A model generated the notes under the pieces. The model had not been told where the DNA came from, made no database searches, and saw nothing but the letters and a program-made list of their open reading frames with translations. From the human T2T-CHM13v2.0 reference genome, Homo sapiens, in assembly GCF_009914755.1 (NCBI RefSeq), contig NC_060947.1: 64,000 nt of DNA, one strand, 5' to 3'. The position numbers were made by a program, and so were the translations under genes. Position 1 is the stretch's first letter. The number at the start of each line of letters is the position of its first letter. Shown piece by piece: positions 23,633-49,709 of this stretch.

Positions 23633-23861
23633 AATACTAATAATGAACACACATCCTCTAGGTTTTTATTGTTGCTGTTGTTGTTTTTTTAATATTATTC
23701 AACCTCTTGCCTGACTCTATTTAGCCTCTGATTTACTTGCTGTTTTTATAACTAGGTGAAAACATTAAAAGTTAAGTATAGGCTATGTCTATTCAACCAA
23801 CTTGAAATACTCCCTCCAGAAAAAGTTTCAAAGTATATTTTAAGAGCAGAAATTATATTTA

Positions 23862-24030
23862 CAGATCGTCTCCAACTTATGAGGTTCAAGTTATGACTTT
23901 TTTGGTTTTACAATGGGTTTATCAGGATGTAACCCCATTGTAAGTGGTATTAAATTCATTTTCAATTGATATTTTTCACTTAGGATTTTTTTGGAATGTA
24001 GTCCCATCATAAGTCAAAGAACAACATCTC
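23862..24030. mobile_element. Tigger4/MER46-like fragment
   Basis: cagatcgtctccaacttatg ... cccatcataagtcaaagaacaacatct ends; internal gtaaccccattgtaagt. Confidence 0.55.
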
Positions 24031-24119
24031 TGTGTCTAAAACACATGTTCCTTGACATGACTGGATTCAATATTTATATGAAGGACTGCATGCAACTAAA
24101 CTTTTTATTGTGTCTTTAA

Positions 24120-26215
24120 TCTCGTCACTTGTTATTTATCTGTTCAGGTTTTGAATTTCTTCCTGAATCAAACTTGGTAGGTTGTATGTATCTAGAAATT
24201 TGTCCATTTCTCCTAGATTTTGTAATATATCGGCATATAGTTGCTTACAGCTGCCACTAACGATCCTTTCCATTTCTGCAGCATCAGTTGTAATGTCTCC
24301 TTACAAGCTGTTTCTTATAAGCTGTTTCTGCTTTATGGAGCATCCCAAGCCCAGTAACCTTGTGATTGTTGCAGACTCATAGAGGTACCGCCTTGATGGT
24401 CTTGGACCCAATCCAAGAGAATTCTCTGGATTACCAGGCAGAGACTCTTGTTCTCTTCCCTTAATTTGTCACAGACATACAGAGTCTCTCTCTCTCTCTG
24501 TTCTGAGCCACCTAATGCTGCATGTTGAGTGACACAAGCGCCCCTGTGGCCACCACCACTATGATTTCACTGGGTCAGACCTGAAGCCAGCACAGTGCTG
24601 GGTCTCACCCAAGGCCTGTGTAACCATTCCCTGGCTACTGCCCATGTTTGCTCAAAGCCTTGGGGTTCTACATTCAGCATGTGACAAAGCCAACCAGGCC
24701 TGTGTCCTTCCTTTCAGGGCAGCAAGGTGCCTCAGGCTCCATGTGGGTACAGCAGTGCTTTCTGGGAGTCAGGGATTAGAGCCAAAAACTTAGAAGTCTA
24801 CTTCATATTCCATTGTATTGTGGCTGAGCTGGCATTCAAACCACAAGACACAGTTCTTCCCACTCAGCAGTCCCCTTCACAAAGGCAGATTAACCTTACC
24901 CCATAGCCACCACCACCCCTGGCCATGAGCTGTACTACCAGACTAACACTGATGTTCTCTTAAGGCCTAAAGACTCTTAAGTCAGTTTGTGGTGAACGTT
25001 GCCTGAGCTGGGACTCTTCAGAGCAGTGGTCTCCCGTCTGGCCAAGGGCAGGTCTAGAAATGCTGTACAAGAACCAAGTCCTGGAACTGGGGACCCCAAG
25101 AACCTGCTTGGGGCTCCACGCTCTTGTGATGGTGCTGGTACCTAAGGTGCAAGACAAAGTTCCCTTTACTTCTCCCTCTGCTTTTCTCAAGCAGAAGGAG
25201 CTTTTCCCCAGCACAGCTGGTAAGGTTCCAAGTCTAACATGAAGCCCACAAGTGTCAGAAGCTCACCATGACCCTCCATGTAGTACCTGGGTATTACTAC
25301 TGGTTATTCAGGGCTTCAGGGCTCTTCAGTTATCAGGCGACGATTGCTGCCAGGACTGAGTCCTTTCCTTCAAGGCAGCGGGTTCCCTTCTGGCCCAGGG
25401 TGTGTCTAGAAATGTCACCTGGGAGCTAAAGCTTGAAACGGGGGCCTCACAACTCTCACCAGTGCCCTGTTCGGCTTTGGCTGAGCTGGTATCCAAGATG
25501 CAAGACAAAGCCTTCCCCACTCTTCCTTCTCCTCTCCTCAAGTGGAGGGAAGGGGTTTCTTTTGGAGCTGTGAGCTATGCATCCTGGGTTTAAGTGAGGG
25601 GCAATGGCAGCACTCCCTTGGCTGCCCCAGCTGATGTCTGAGTATGTTTTGTGCCCCCCATCCGCTGTCTATGGGCCTAGTTCAGCCCTAGTACTCACCT
25701 AAGATTTGCAGTCATTATGGCCTAGACTGCCTTTCAAATTTACCTGGAGACCCAGAGTGCTATAGTCCTCTGTGGCGAGGTTTCCACGCAAGTTTGGACC
25801 ACTGGGAATGGTGATTCCCTTCTGGCTAGGGCTGGTTTAAATGCTCCCTCTGTGGGAGGGCGTCAGTTGAGTTTGGCCTGGTTTTCCTTTCTGCTCTAAC
25901 AGAACAGCTGAGTTCAATGCCTCGCAATTGCTGTGTTCCCCCTCCCCCAGCACCGAGAGATGCTCTCTGCACCATGCCACTGCTGCCCAGGGGTAGGCGA
26001 GAGCTGGTGTGTCAATGATTCAGGACTATTTTTGCTATCTCTTCAGTGCCTCTTTCAGCGATGTGAAGTTAAAATCAGGTACTATGAGTGCTCACCTGAT
26101 TTTTGGTCCTTAACAACGTGTTTTTTCTGTGTAGACTGTTGTTAACTTTGTGTCCTTGTGGGAAGGGGGTACAATTGGTGAAGCTTTCTATTCCACCACC
26201 TTGCTCTACCTCTCC
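24120..26215 (-). mobile_element. L1M1/L1MA-type 5' region joined to a short ORF2 piece (internally deleted)
   Basis: ORF2-like 24120-24300. 5'UTR-like body ending ctttctattccaccaccttgctctacctc. Confidence 0.65.
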
Positions 26216-27289
26216 CTCAATTTTTAGTTTTGATAAGGGACAATTTATGTATGCTTTTTTAAGGATCCAATTTTAGGTCAAAAAATGCTTTGTGGTGGAG
26301 GGAAGGAGCGTATCCTGAAGTCGAGGTTGTTCTACAGTCTGCAATAGAAGATGTATGACAAGATCAGTTGGACAAAAGGTTTTCAAAAATTCTGCCCTTG
26401 TTTCTCCCCAGTGTGTCTTGGAACATTCATTTCTACTGCTTTCCTATAGGAATCTGAGACAACACTTTAGACTACAGGTTACAGTACCATGCGTTTATAT
26501 AATGGAGCACAGAAGTTTGCATTGTTGAGGCACTGTGACTCCAGAGGATATACTAATTAACACATGAAACTCCTTTAGAGGTAAGTCTTGGAATTCTTTA
26601 TTATCTTATAAAGTATAGCTAATGGACTAAAAATAGAATAGTAAATATCAGAATGAATCACACATAGATAAGCTAGGTAATTTTGTGTGGAACTTTTGAG
26701 ATTATATGTATGTACATATAAACTCCAAATCACTAACACATTTGGTAGATATTTCTTACTATTATACTATATTTGAGGTTAAAAATAAAGGTCCCTGCAC
26801 TGGAGTATGCAATGTTACATACAACTTGGAAAGATCAGGGGCTTACAAAATCTTCCAGTTCTGCCTCTTCCCTGTAGAAATATATATTTTTTGAACACAG
26901 GATTCATAGAGAAGTCTGACTGGTCAAGAGAAAGAATAGGTCAGTGTGTTTTTTTTCTCTGACAGTCCTCCTATCCTGTGCTTTATGCCTTTGGTGCAGC
27001 TTCCCTATTTCACATCTACAGTGAGACCCTGACTTATTCTTTATAAGGTATGCAGTTGGGCAAAAGCTCAGAGCTTGCAGGAAGGTGTTATTACCAGAGA
27101 GCCTTTGATCAAAAAACAAGGATCCCACATGAAGACCTGCGTGAGAGAAGACTGAGGTGACCACAAATTTCAGAACATAAAGATTAACACATTCTTACCT
27201 CTGCTTTCAGCCCTGAGAGACACCAGGCAGCTGTGTCTCACATATTTGCCTGAGGTGGTACCCAGAATCTAGGGAAGGTGGGGAAAATC

Positions 27290-28240
27290 ATAGGCCACTG
27301 CAGTAGAAGGATTATTTTTCTGAGTATTCTTCAGACTTTGCTGGCTGTTAGGACACACAGCTCTCCCTAGGCCCCTCGGATCACCCCATTCACCATGAAT
27401 AGTGCTGTAAATGTTTTGTGTACAAAGACTGATGAAGGGGTGAACAGCCACGAGGATGAAAATCCAAGCATTTCACAAGCACCACCTGCCCCTGAAAACT
27501 CATGCAAATACCTTCTAACCAAGGAGGTGGCTTTGTTTATGCACAACTGCATATGTTTACTTTGTTCAAATATAAAATTAGACTTTTATCATGAAAGCAC
27601 ACATTCTAAAAAATGTCAGCAAAAATTATAAGGACCACATCTCCATAATCCAATGGAGAGCCTCTGACATGTGGAGTTGCTCATTGGCTTTGACTCAACG
27701 GATTTTAACTCTATGAAGCATCTCTATACCCTTGTCAGCAAATTGGAACTCATCAATGATGGGAGTTGGAGTGCTGGTAGGGGTTGCCAAAGAGCAGATT
27801 GTTGATGATTCTTCTTAGTGTGACCTTCATGAAGAGCACCTGCACCACTAAAGAGAAGGTCTGAGAGTTTCTAAATATGATAAATATATATGCTGGGACA
27901 AAGCATTTCATCGGTAGGTACTTCAGAAAGCTCATCACCAGAAATTTTACACAGGAAAGGTACCTGGAGTACCAGCAAGTTCCCAGTAGTGATCCTACAT
28001 GCTATAAATTCCTGTGGTATCCAGGAGCTCACGGTTAAATCAGCAAGAATAAAGGTCCTAAAATTTTTGTCTAAGGCCAATGATATGTCACTGTTTCTTT
28101 CTATTCCTGTGTGAAAAGTCATTGTGAGATGAGTAAAAGAGAGCCCAAGCCAGTGTTGCAGCCAGGATTGGCACTATCATTATGGCCAGGGCATGTTCCA
28201 GGGCCATGTACAACAGCCTTTTACACCCCTAGTAAAGTCT
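27290..28240 (+). pseudogene. Highly decayed MAGE-B pseudogene, with 3'UTR remnant to ~28830
   Basis: TKTDEGVNSHEDENPSISQA linker; tacccttgtcagcaaattgg; aaagctcatcaccaga; tacctggagtaccagcaagttcccagtagtgatcct; ttcctgtgg. Many indels. Confidence 0.82.
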
Positions 28241-28841
28241 GAGGTAGGTTCTTCTATTTCCAATTGAATAGAGCAAACAACTTTCAAGTAGTAGAGGCCA
28301 TTTTGGGGCAGGAGGAAACACACTGTACATGCATCATTTTTGTATTTTGTTTTACCAAATAACAAAGATTTTCCTTCCTTCCTTCCTTCCATTATCTTGT
28401 TCTTTCTTAACTCTTTCCTTTTTTCTTAATTCTCTTTCTTTTCAGTTAATTTCTAAATGTTATTTTTTAAATCAAAGGTTTAAATTGCTTCAGAATATAA
28501 GTTTATGAATTGTCACTTGGATTATACATTTATTGCTGTGTATTAGGTCTAAGGGTAGGAACTAAGCTATTTTGAGAAAAAAGGAAAATCTTCTATTTTA
28601 CTTCATGATCTGAAACAAGATAATGTGGCAATCAATTAAGTGTTTCATTGGAAATATGAAATAACAGTAAAATTGTTTGAATCAAGAAATGGAGACAAAT
28701 GAAGTGGAAGATGTTCAACTTTTAGATTCTCTAAATTTTCAGTGTATTGTTCTTTAAAATTTACATATACATACATACATACATAAATTTACTTAGCTTA
28801 TTCAAGAATGCAGGAGAAATTAAATATTAATAAATATAGAC

Positions 28842-29075
28842 AGATCAAGGCCCCTGGTTTGCAGATGGCTGTCTTCTCGTGGTATCCTCACATGGCAGAG
28901 AGAGAGAAAGCAAGCTTCCTCATGTATTTTTATAAGTGCACTAATTCCATTCACAAGGGCTCCACCCTCATGGCCTAATTACTATTCAAAGACCTTGACT
29001 CTTAATACCATCATATTGGAAGTTAGGATTTCAACACACAGATTTTAGACTGACGCAAACATTCAGTATATAACA
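28842..29075 (-). mobile_element. MLT1A/MSTD-like LTR fragment
   Basis: gcagatggctgtcttctc...ttaggatttcaaca...aaacattcagtatataaca. Confidence 0.65.
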
Positions 29076-29599
29076 ATGCTAATTGGCTCATTTATTCTCT
29101 AAATATTAATTGAATATCCACTTTTTGGAAAACACCATGTTATTGTTGGAGATCCTAGGATTTCTGTTATAGGAGCAGTAGAAGTTGGTGGCATCTAATG
29201 GTAGTCAGGTGGGATGATTTAAAAGAAGGAATGAGAAGGTGGGAATCAAGGCAAGAACAATTAAGTGTAAGCGTCTTGAGATAAGTCTGTTTGGGTACTT
29301 GAGAAACAGTATTTCTTCAGTGGTACTGATGTTTAGGTTTCTCCCTGTGGTTAGTGAGGTAAGGCTCTGGGAGTGACGAACTGGCACCAGGGCCTCAAAT
29401 GGTGTGTCTCAGGGTCAAGAGATTAAAACTTAGAATGCAAAATGGCTCTAGCAATTATTCTTGAATCCTGGATAAACTAAAGCAAAATTTTCCAGACAGA
29501 AGTAAGATAGGCGTTCCCTGTACTTGACTCAGTGTATTTGATCGCAGTTTGGTAAATAATTGTTCTGCATACTAAACTGCAAACATATGCTACCTTCCA

Positions 29600-30515
29600 T
29601 TAAAAAAGAAAGGTGAAACAGAAGGTACAACCAAGAACCCACAGGATGGAGCCACTATCCAAGAAAATTATTCTTAGGCTTTGAAATCTAATCAAGGAAC
29701 AGACAACCTTTGTTCATTGGGATTTCAGAACTGCTATTTTCTAGATACTTTTTGTACCTCCAATTCTGCCTGTTTTTACATAAGCATGTTGATAGCTGTT
29801 ATCCTATGCATATCTCATCATTGTACATTGGGTGTGTTGACAGACAACTTGTTTCTTTTGTTACAGAAATCTACATATAAAGGTGTATCTTGCCCAACTG
29901 CTGTACTTAACAACTACCCCAGAGCCTCTTCATCTACAGATGGACCTGATTTAGATAGTGCAATTTGAATTTGGAGCTGATGCTGTAATGAGAACAGAGT
30001 TTTGGGGATCTTTGGAAGGGATGTATGTATTTTGCATAAGGTAGAGACAGGAAACAATGGGTTCTACAGGGCAGACTGCAACAGAAAAAAAACCTTATGG
30101 GTCCCCAGAAAGTCCCACCTTCTGGTGGTCATGACTTGTGTACTCCTAACTTTAATGTAGGTGGGGCATATGATTTTATGCTAAAAAATAGATTATGACA
30201 AAGGTGATGGGATATCACTCAAGCAATTACATTAGAAGTCAGAGTAGAGATGACACTCATCTAATAACAGATACGATGTAAGACACTATTTTGCTGTCAG
30301 ATAGGCTCTTGCTATCCTGCTTGTCTTGAAGAAGAAACCTGCCATGTTTTGAATGGCCTGTAAAGAGGGAAATGTGGCATGACATTGCAGGCTTTGGTTA
30401 GGACTGAGGTTGGTCTCTAAGCAAGAGCTTAAAAAACACTCTTAGTCCTATAGACAAGAGGAAATGAATTATGCAAAAAAAAAAAAAAAAAGCGAGTTTG
30501 ACAGTGGATATTTTC
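29600..30515 (+). mobile_element. MLT1 internal end plus partial LTR
   Basis: Homologous to 6172-6620 (tatcctatgc...gagctgatgctgtaat...). LTR-like from ~30075. Confidence 0.55.
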
Positions 30516-32402
30516 TTGTCCACTTTCAGTTTCCAGTCCAACATGTAAGGAGCTTAGACATGTGTCACTTCCAACCTACCAATCAGAAAAAAGTTGAACA
30601 AACTGAAAATCAACCACCTTTCTTAGACCAATCAGTTAACTGAGGTCACAGAGCAAATGGCTGTCCCCACAAAAGGAAGACAGACTAGAAGATACAGAGA
30701 ATCCACAGCTCACTGGAACAGAACCCCAGGAGCAGAAACCACTGCTAGAGCTGGTACCAGGATAGGAAAATGTAAGTTATGTTTGACAAGTTACTGAATC
30801 TTCAGTGTAGACTAGCTTCACAGTTAAAAACTCTACTGGGGCCCAGTATATTAGGGGGCCTTCTTACTCTTTTGAGTTTTTCCTCCAGTGGTCCTAATAG
30901 GTTCTCACAGTGAAGAGTGGAGATCAGATAAAAATGCCCTTGTCCTTTCAGCAGGGGGAGGAAAAAAGCCATTTTGAAATGTGCCCAGAGCAACCTGTTC
31001 CTTATAACAAGGCCTGCTTAAAGATAAACCTATTTACCAGAGTCTAACTGACAAGGGTTTCACTAGGGCCTAAACAACTTCAAAAGAGGAAAAGTCTCCA
31101 TTCCAGCCCCCTCTATATCCTTGTAAGTGGAGGACGAGAAATACTCATTTACAGGTCCTCTTGACTTCCTGTTTCCCCTAAGGGGTAAAAAACCTGAAGT
31201 ACTTGTGAAGTCATAGCTTAGTGAACTGGCAGTCTCATCAAAAGATTGAGACTTAACTACAGGGTCATAGAATGCTTCCCCTCACTGCATACATTACCAC
31301 TACATCACCAAGGCTCCTATATAAGAACCAAGGATTATAACTGAAAGAACTGCACATCGCTAAGACTTATTTAAGAAGAACAGGGGAGACAAAAACAAGG
31401 GCATCCAAGGAAATGATGGAATCTAACACCTACAGCTATAGCAAGCAGTAAACACAGACTCATTCCTGGCCAGAAAAATATGAAAACTCACACTAAAGGC
31501 CTACTGACCTTTGCTCCTTTCACCCAGTATATTATGTTTGGTTTTTGACAAAAAAATTACAAGTAAAAGACAAAATACACAGTTTGAAGAGATAGATCAA
31601 TCATCAGAACCAGACTTAGATATGGCAGACATTTTGGAATTATCAGACCAGGAATTTAAAATAATTATGATTAATATGCTAAGGACTATAATGGAAAAAG
31701 TGCACAACATGCAAGAATGGTGGGTAAACAGAAAAATGAGACAGAAGAGAGTTGAGTTAAAGACATAAACTTTTAAAATAAAAAAGCCTAGAATTTTATA
31801 TTCAGTAAAAATAATCTTCAAAATGAAGGGGGAGAAAAAACTCTCTCAAATAAAAATCAAAACCTGAGGGACATTATCACCAGTAGACATGCCTTGCAAG
31901 AAAGGTTAAAAGAAGTTTGTCAGAGAGAAGGAAAATTATATATATCAGAAACTCAGATCTACATGCAGGCAGGAAGAGTGTTACAAAATAAATGATGGTA
32001 AAAGAAAGCATTTTCTTATTCTTGGTTGATCAAAGTGACAACAGTTTGTTCAAAATAATAATAGCAATAATGTATTCAATGATTATACCTTATGAACAAG
32101 TAAAATAAATGACAGCAGTGTTATAAGAGATAGGAAGTAGGTATTGGGAATATTCTTCTATAAGGTACTTGTGCTACTTGTGAAGTGGTGGGGTATGTTT
32201 TGAATGTGGACTTGGATTAGTTGTGATCATATTTCAAACTCTACGGCAACTACTGAAAGAACTAAAAACACAGAAGTATAATTGATGTGCTAAAGAGTAG
32301 AGAAAATGGAATTGCACAAAATACTCAAAACCAGAGAATGCAGCAAAAGAGTGGAAGATGAAAAATAACATAAAATAAAATAAAAATAAAAATAAAAATA
32401 AA

Positions 32403-43690
<11,288 letters not shown>

Positions 43691-46399
43691 CACACAATGA
43701 CCACAAAGTTAAAACCGAACAAATTGGTAGATATTAACCCAACTATACCAATAATAACTTTTAAATACAATGATTTAAATACACCAATAAAAAGACAAAA
43801 CCAGAAATTATCAGAGGAGATTAAAAAAAAAAACTTTTATGTTGCCTACAAGAAATCCACCTTAAACATAAAGATTCAGACAGGTTAAAAGTAAAGGAAC
43901 TGGAAAAAGATATGTGATTACATCACAAATGTAAAGAAAGCTGGAGTAGCCATGTTTATTTCAATCCAAGCAGAATTCAGGTTAAGGAAAATTATGAGGT
44001 ATAAAGAGGGGCATTTCATAATGATAAAGGGGTCAATTCTCCAAGAATATATACCAGTCCTTATTGTGTATGCACCAAAACTAGGGTGTTAAAATGAGTC
44101 ACATAAGGCAAATACTGATGAGACACATCCACTCTTAAAGTTGAAGACTTCAACACACCTCTATCAGTAATTGATAGATACAGCAGGAGAAAATCAGTAA
44201 GGGTATAGTTAAACTGAACAGCACCATCAATCAACCACATCTAAACGACTTTTATATAATACTTAACCAAATGATAAAATGCACTTTTTCAGGCTCACAT
44301 ACACCAAGATAGAACACATTCTGTCCCATAAAAACACACCATCAAATTTAAAGGGATAGAAAGCATACAAAGTATGCTCTAAATTTACAGTTGAATTTAA
44401 CTAGAAATTGAAAACAGAATGATAGCTGGAAAATCCCCAAACATATGTAGATTGAACAACATGCTTCTAAATATCACATGGGTCAAAGAAGGCATCTCAA
44501 GAGAAATTTTAAAACTACAACTTATCAAAATGTGTGAGGTGCAGCAAAAGTAGAACTCGGAGGGAAATTTATGTCATTGACTGCATATACTAGCAAAAGG
44601 GACAACTAATATATTAATCTAACCTTCCACCTTAGAAAAGTACAAAAAGAAGAGTGAATTAAATCCTAATAAAATTAAAAATAAATATTAGAGAAGAAAT
44701 CAATAAAACTGAACACATCAATAGAGAAAATCAGCAAAACTAAAAGGCAGTCCTTTGATAAGATTAATAAAATTAATAAACCTCCAGTCACATTAACTAA
44801 GAAAAGAAGAGAGAAGACACAAATTGCTAATGTCAAAAATGAAAGAAAGGCCATCACTGATTATTCTATTGACATTAAACAGATAGTAAAGGAATGTTAT
44901 GAAAAATTCTATGCCCACCAACTTGGTAACCTAGATGAGACAGACCAATTCCTTGAAAGACACAATCTACCAAAACTCACACAAGGAGACTGAGATCATC
45001 TTAATAGGCCTATATCTATTAAAGAAATTGAATCAATGACTGATAAGCTTCCAAAAGAGTAAACAACAGTCCCAAATGAGCTCACTGGTGAATGCTGTCA
45101 AATCTTTAGGAAGGAATGATATCAATTCTCTACAAACAAGCACAAAGATGAAAAGATGCTTTATATCATGGATCATTAGGGAACTGCAAATTAAAACAAC
45201 AATCAGATATCACTACACATGTATTAGAGTGGATAAAATCCAAAACACTGACAAGACACATACTGGAGAGGATGTAGGGCATAGAATCTCTCATTCAGTA
45301 ATGATGGCAGTGCAAAGATGGTACAGCCTCGTTGGAAGACAGTTTGTCAATATCTTACAAAATTAAAATACTCTCGTCATATGATTCAGCAGTTACTCTC
45401 CTTGGTATTTAGTCAAATGGGTTGAAAACTGATGTCCACACCAAAACTTGAATACAAATGTTCAAAGCAGCTTTATTCCTAATTGTCAAAACTTAGCAGA
45501 AACCAACAAGAATTAAGTGTCCCACAAGCATACAATGAAATATTGTTTAGTGATTAAACAATGTGTTATTAAGCTATGAAAAGACATGCAGGAGCCTAAA
45601 TGCATATTGCTAAGTGAAAGTAGCCTATTTGAAAAGGTTACATGCTGTAGGATTCTAACTATATGACATTCTGGAAAAGGCAAAATTATGGAGACAGCTA
45701 AAAAAAGGGGGGTTCTGGGGGGATGGGGGAATAAGGGGAACACAGTGGATTTTTTTTAGTATAGTGAAACTGTTCTGTATGATACTGTTATAGTGTGTAC
45801 GTGTCATTCATTTTAAAAAACCCATAAGATATATAATAGAAAGATTAAACTCTAATATAAATGGTTAACTTTAATTAATAAAAATGTATCAATATTAGCT
45901 CATCAATTTTAACAAGTATACCACATTAATGTGTGATAATAATAGGAGAAACTGTGTGTGAACCGATGAGAGGGTATAAGAGAATTCTTTGTATTTACCA
46001 CCGAATTTTTCTGTAAACTTGGAAACTGCTCTACAAAATAAAGTATGCCCATTAAAACTCCATCCCTGTGTTATATATTTAGAGTAGTTTGTTTTCCTGG
46101 AATAACCCATGAATATTTGCAGTTAGCTAATTATTTGTATTGATTTTCTCATCTGAAGCTCTTTCAGCCATTAACAATTTTAAGCAGCCATTTTAAGAAT
46201 GGCTGCTTAAAAAAACATCCATTCTGTCATTAGTAATTAAATTTGCTCAAGTGTCTTCTATCATTAAGTAAAATATAACACAACACAACATACCATGGCT
46301 CTTTAAACCTCCTTTAAATAATTCTCTGTTTCTGTCCTAAATAAATTTTACACTCCCTAGTTTTTGTATGCATAAACACACACACAAAATATATACATA

Positions 46400-48480
46400 T
46401 ATTTATATTTAGATATTGAAAATATTATAGAGCATTAAGAGATATATGTTCAGCTTGTAAAAAAATTGAGCTCTACACATAAAGTTCTATTAGCATAATT
46501 GTTGAAAAGTAGCCCAAGCAGTACTTATGGGGATATTTATTGCATTAAATAGATTTACTATAAAAAAGTTTGAAACATTGTAACAATTCAAGAAGCTAGA
46601 GAATGAATAGCATATTAAACACAAAGAAGAAGGTAGGAATAATGAAGATAAATTCAAAAGTGATAAATGAGAAAATAGTCAAACCAACTAGTAAAAGCCA
46701 GTTCTTTGAAAGGATTTATATAACAATGTGTATGAGTACCATCAATTACAAATGAAAAAAGCAGAAATAAATGATATTAGATAAGTAAAATTATACAAAA
46801 CTTAGGTGTAGAAAAGATGTAATACTAATAGAGAACACTGTAAGTGTTATCAAGTATTATCTGTATCTCAAGATAACAAATGATGGACAAGGAGAAGGTT
46901 CTATCTGAAAAATTTCGGGTAATAAACTCAAAAGAATTTTAGAATCAGAGAATTACCATCTTGCAACCCATGACAGATTAATGGATAAAAGTGATGGCTG
47001 CCAACATCATCACAAAAGAAACAACAGAAATTATATATCTCTTAATGAAACTGCACCATATCACCTCTGGAGTGCACTTGCCAATAAACTTTAATATGAA
47101 CAATATTCTACTCATAAAAATTGAAGATTATTAGTGACAAATCTTAGCTAATTGAGTTTATTATTCTATTCTCTGTACTACTGCATATATTTGAGAATTT
47201 CCATAACAGGATTTTATTATGAATATCATGCTTTTAAATATGAAAACCTAAGTAAAATGGAACAATTTTTAGCAAAATGAAAATGACTCATAAAAATACA
47301 GAACTCTTTGAATGCACAGTAGAAAATGAAACTATAGTCCAAACCCAAAGTACCTTCAAACTGTTTTAGGACCAGCCAGGTTTAGAGACCCATTACATCA
47401 AATGGTGAAGAAGAAACTAATCACCACTTCATGTAAACTCTTCCAAACAACACGAAAAGATTGGGAGAATTACTCCATCATTTTAACAGGCTTGCTTTCT
47501 TTGACACAAAGACCAGATGAAGATAGTCCAATAAAACAACATTTGAGATCAGTTCATTCACATAGAGACAAAATATTCTCAATAAATTCATAGTATATCC
47601 AATATAGGCATATCCAATATAGCAGTGAATTAATGAATAAATAGCCTGCATCCAAGAAATGCAAAGATGATACCATATTAGAAAATACCATCAATTGGAA
47701 ATCACTATGTTACCAAAAATGGTGAAAAAGCATGTGATCATGTGCAGGGGTAAAGGAGAAGCCTTAAAAAACCCTCAATACCAGTGTATGATAGTAACTT
47801 TTAGCAAACTTACATTAGGAGAGAATTTCCATCTTGTAAAATCTATAATTGACATACTAAATGTGAAACATTACAAACATCCCGAATAGAGTCCAGAAGA
47901 ATATACACCTGTATAGTATAAACCCTACTGCTGACAACTGGATGAAAATACATCTATAGTTCACAACTATAATAATAATACTGAGTAAATTAGAGGTAAC
48001 AATAACAAAAGGAGATAATTGTGATAATATAATCTCCTAATTTAAAAATAAAACAACGTAATTGGTGCAAAAATATTTAAATGTATAAGGAAATAAAGAA
48101 AACGTGTGTACAAAAGATCACCATAGGTAAGTCAGGAGTATAGTCACACAAAATCAATAACTAATTATAATATGTAATGTGAAATATGCCTTTCACAACA
48201 GCAACAATATCCAAAATATATCTAACAGAAAACCAAATAGAAATGTACATGTTCATTAAGGAGACAGCTATAAAAATTTACTGAAAGACTTAGGAAAAAT
48301 AAATCTCCAATAAAGCAGTGTACTATGTTTATTTACTGTGGAGGAGATATTGTAAAGTTATTGATTCTCCTTAAATTTTTTACAGATTCATTGCCTTAGC
48401 CATAGCTGTGAAGATGACAACCAAACCCGGGTGGTTCTTTCCCATGACCAAACTCAACCATAGAAAAGTTAAAGGAAGAA
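46400..48480 (+). mobile_element. Very old L1M ORF2 fragments
   Basis: Degenerate ORF2-like A-rich text (aagaagctagagaatgaa, aaactcttcca, caaaatcaataac). Confidence 0.55.
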
Positions 48481-49709
48481 TTTTTTTTTTAAAAAAAAGC
48501 AGTATTAACAACAGCAAAACAACAAAAATGCGAACCTTGAGAGATGGTCAGTTTGTATTGAACAAGAATGGGTGTGTGGGCAGGTAGGGGCATGAGCTGA
48601 AGTAGAGACAGGTCTGTGGCCTACAACAGACGCAGATAACGGAATTGGCTAGAGGAAAAGCTTTAAAACTTTGGTCTTTGCTTCTTTCACTGTGCCATTG
48701 GACAATGCATTTTTTTTTCTGCTTCACTAAAGGAAATTCAGTCAGAAACTTGGACCCTATGTGCCAGTTCCATGGGGTAATATTGCCACAGCAAAAACAT
48801 CTGGGTAGGCTGAAGAAGTATGAATCCAGACACTGTGCTAATAACTACCTGAAACTTCTTTAGTGGAAGTGGACTGGCCTTTAAATTCGTATTATTTTAA
48901 TATAATATAAAGAATGGACTAAATTAGGATAGCAAATATTGCAGTGAGTCACACAAGATAATGGTAGAAATTCATTCATGAAGGTGTTGAATACAGACAC
49001 TGATGTCAGCCAAGAGAGAAGTCCCAGACATAGCTATCAGGCTAAGAAGTCTTCTCACTTTCTCCTTATGAATTTTACAGGATCTAGTCAGAGGAAGGGG
49101 ATGAATTTACATCAGAAAATGGAGAAAACTGAGACCCTGCCAGCAGTCAATGTGAGGACCCTGAGTGAGGACTGAGGGGCTCCACATATCAGAAGAGACA
49201 AGAGTGCCCCCCAAATCTCCCTTCATTCCCCGATCTTGCATCACAACTTAATAGCAGCAGCCAGGTTTAGGAGGCCCCAGGCAGTAGTGGCCAGGTGAGG
49301 TGTAACTGAATTGCACATGAGGAGTCTCAGGAAGTTGAAGTCTAGTCTGAGAGGGTGTCCTCAAGTCAGTAGAGGGGACATGGCAAGAATGAAGCGACGA
49401 CACTGAGTGAGGGCTGAGGGCAAAGTCCATTCCAAAAAGGGGGTCTCACAGAGCTCCACCCCTACTGTCAGTCTTGGAAGGTCCCGGCATGGCTCCCGAG
49501 CTCAGGCTGCACCTTACTTCCAACTCTGGACTCTCAGGGAATGAGAGCCTCTATCTCCGGTTGACTGATTCAGCTCAACAGATAGAGAAGTCCAAGGGTC
49601 CGCGAAGAGCCCCTGAAAGAACTTTATGTGAGTTCCCTGGAATCTGCTGCACCCACAGAACACAAGGGGGAGTAACAGAGCCCTGCAGCTACTGTTACGC
49701 AGGGAGCGC

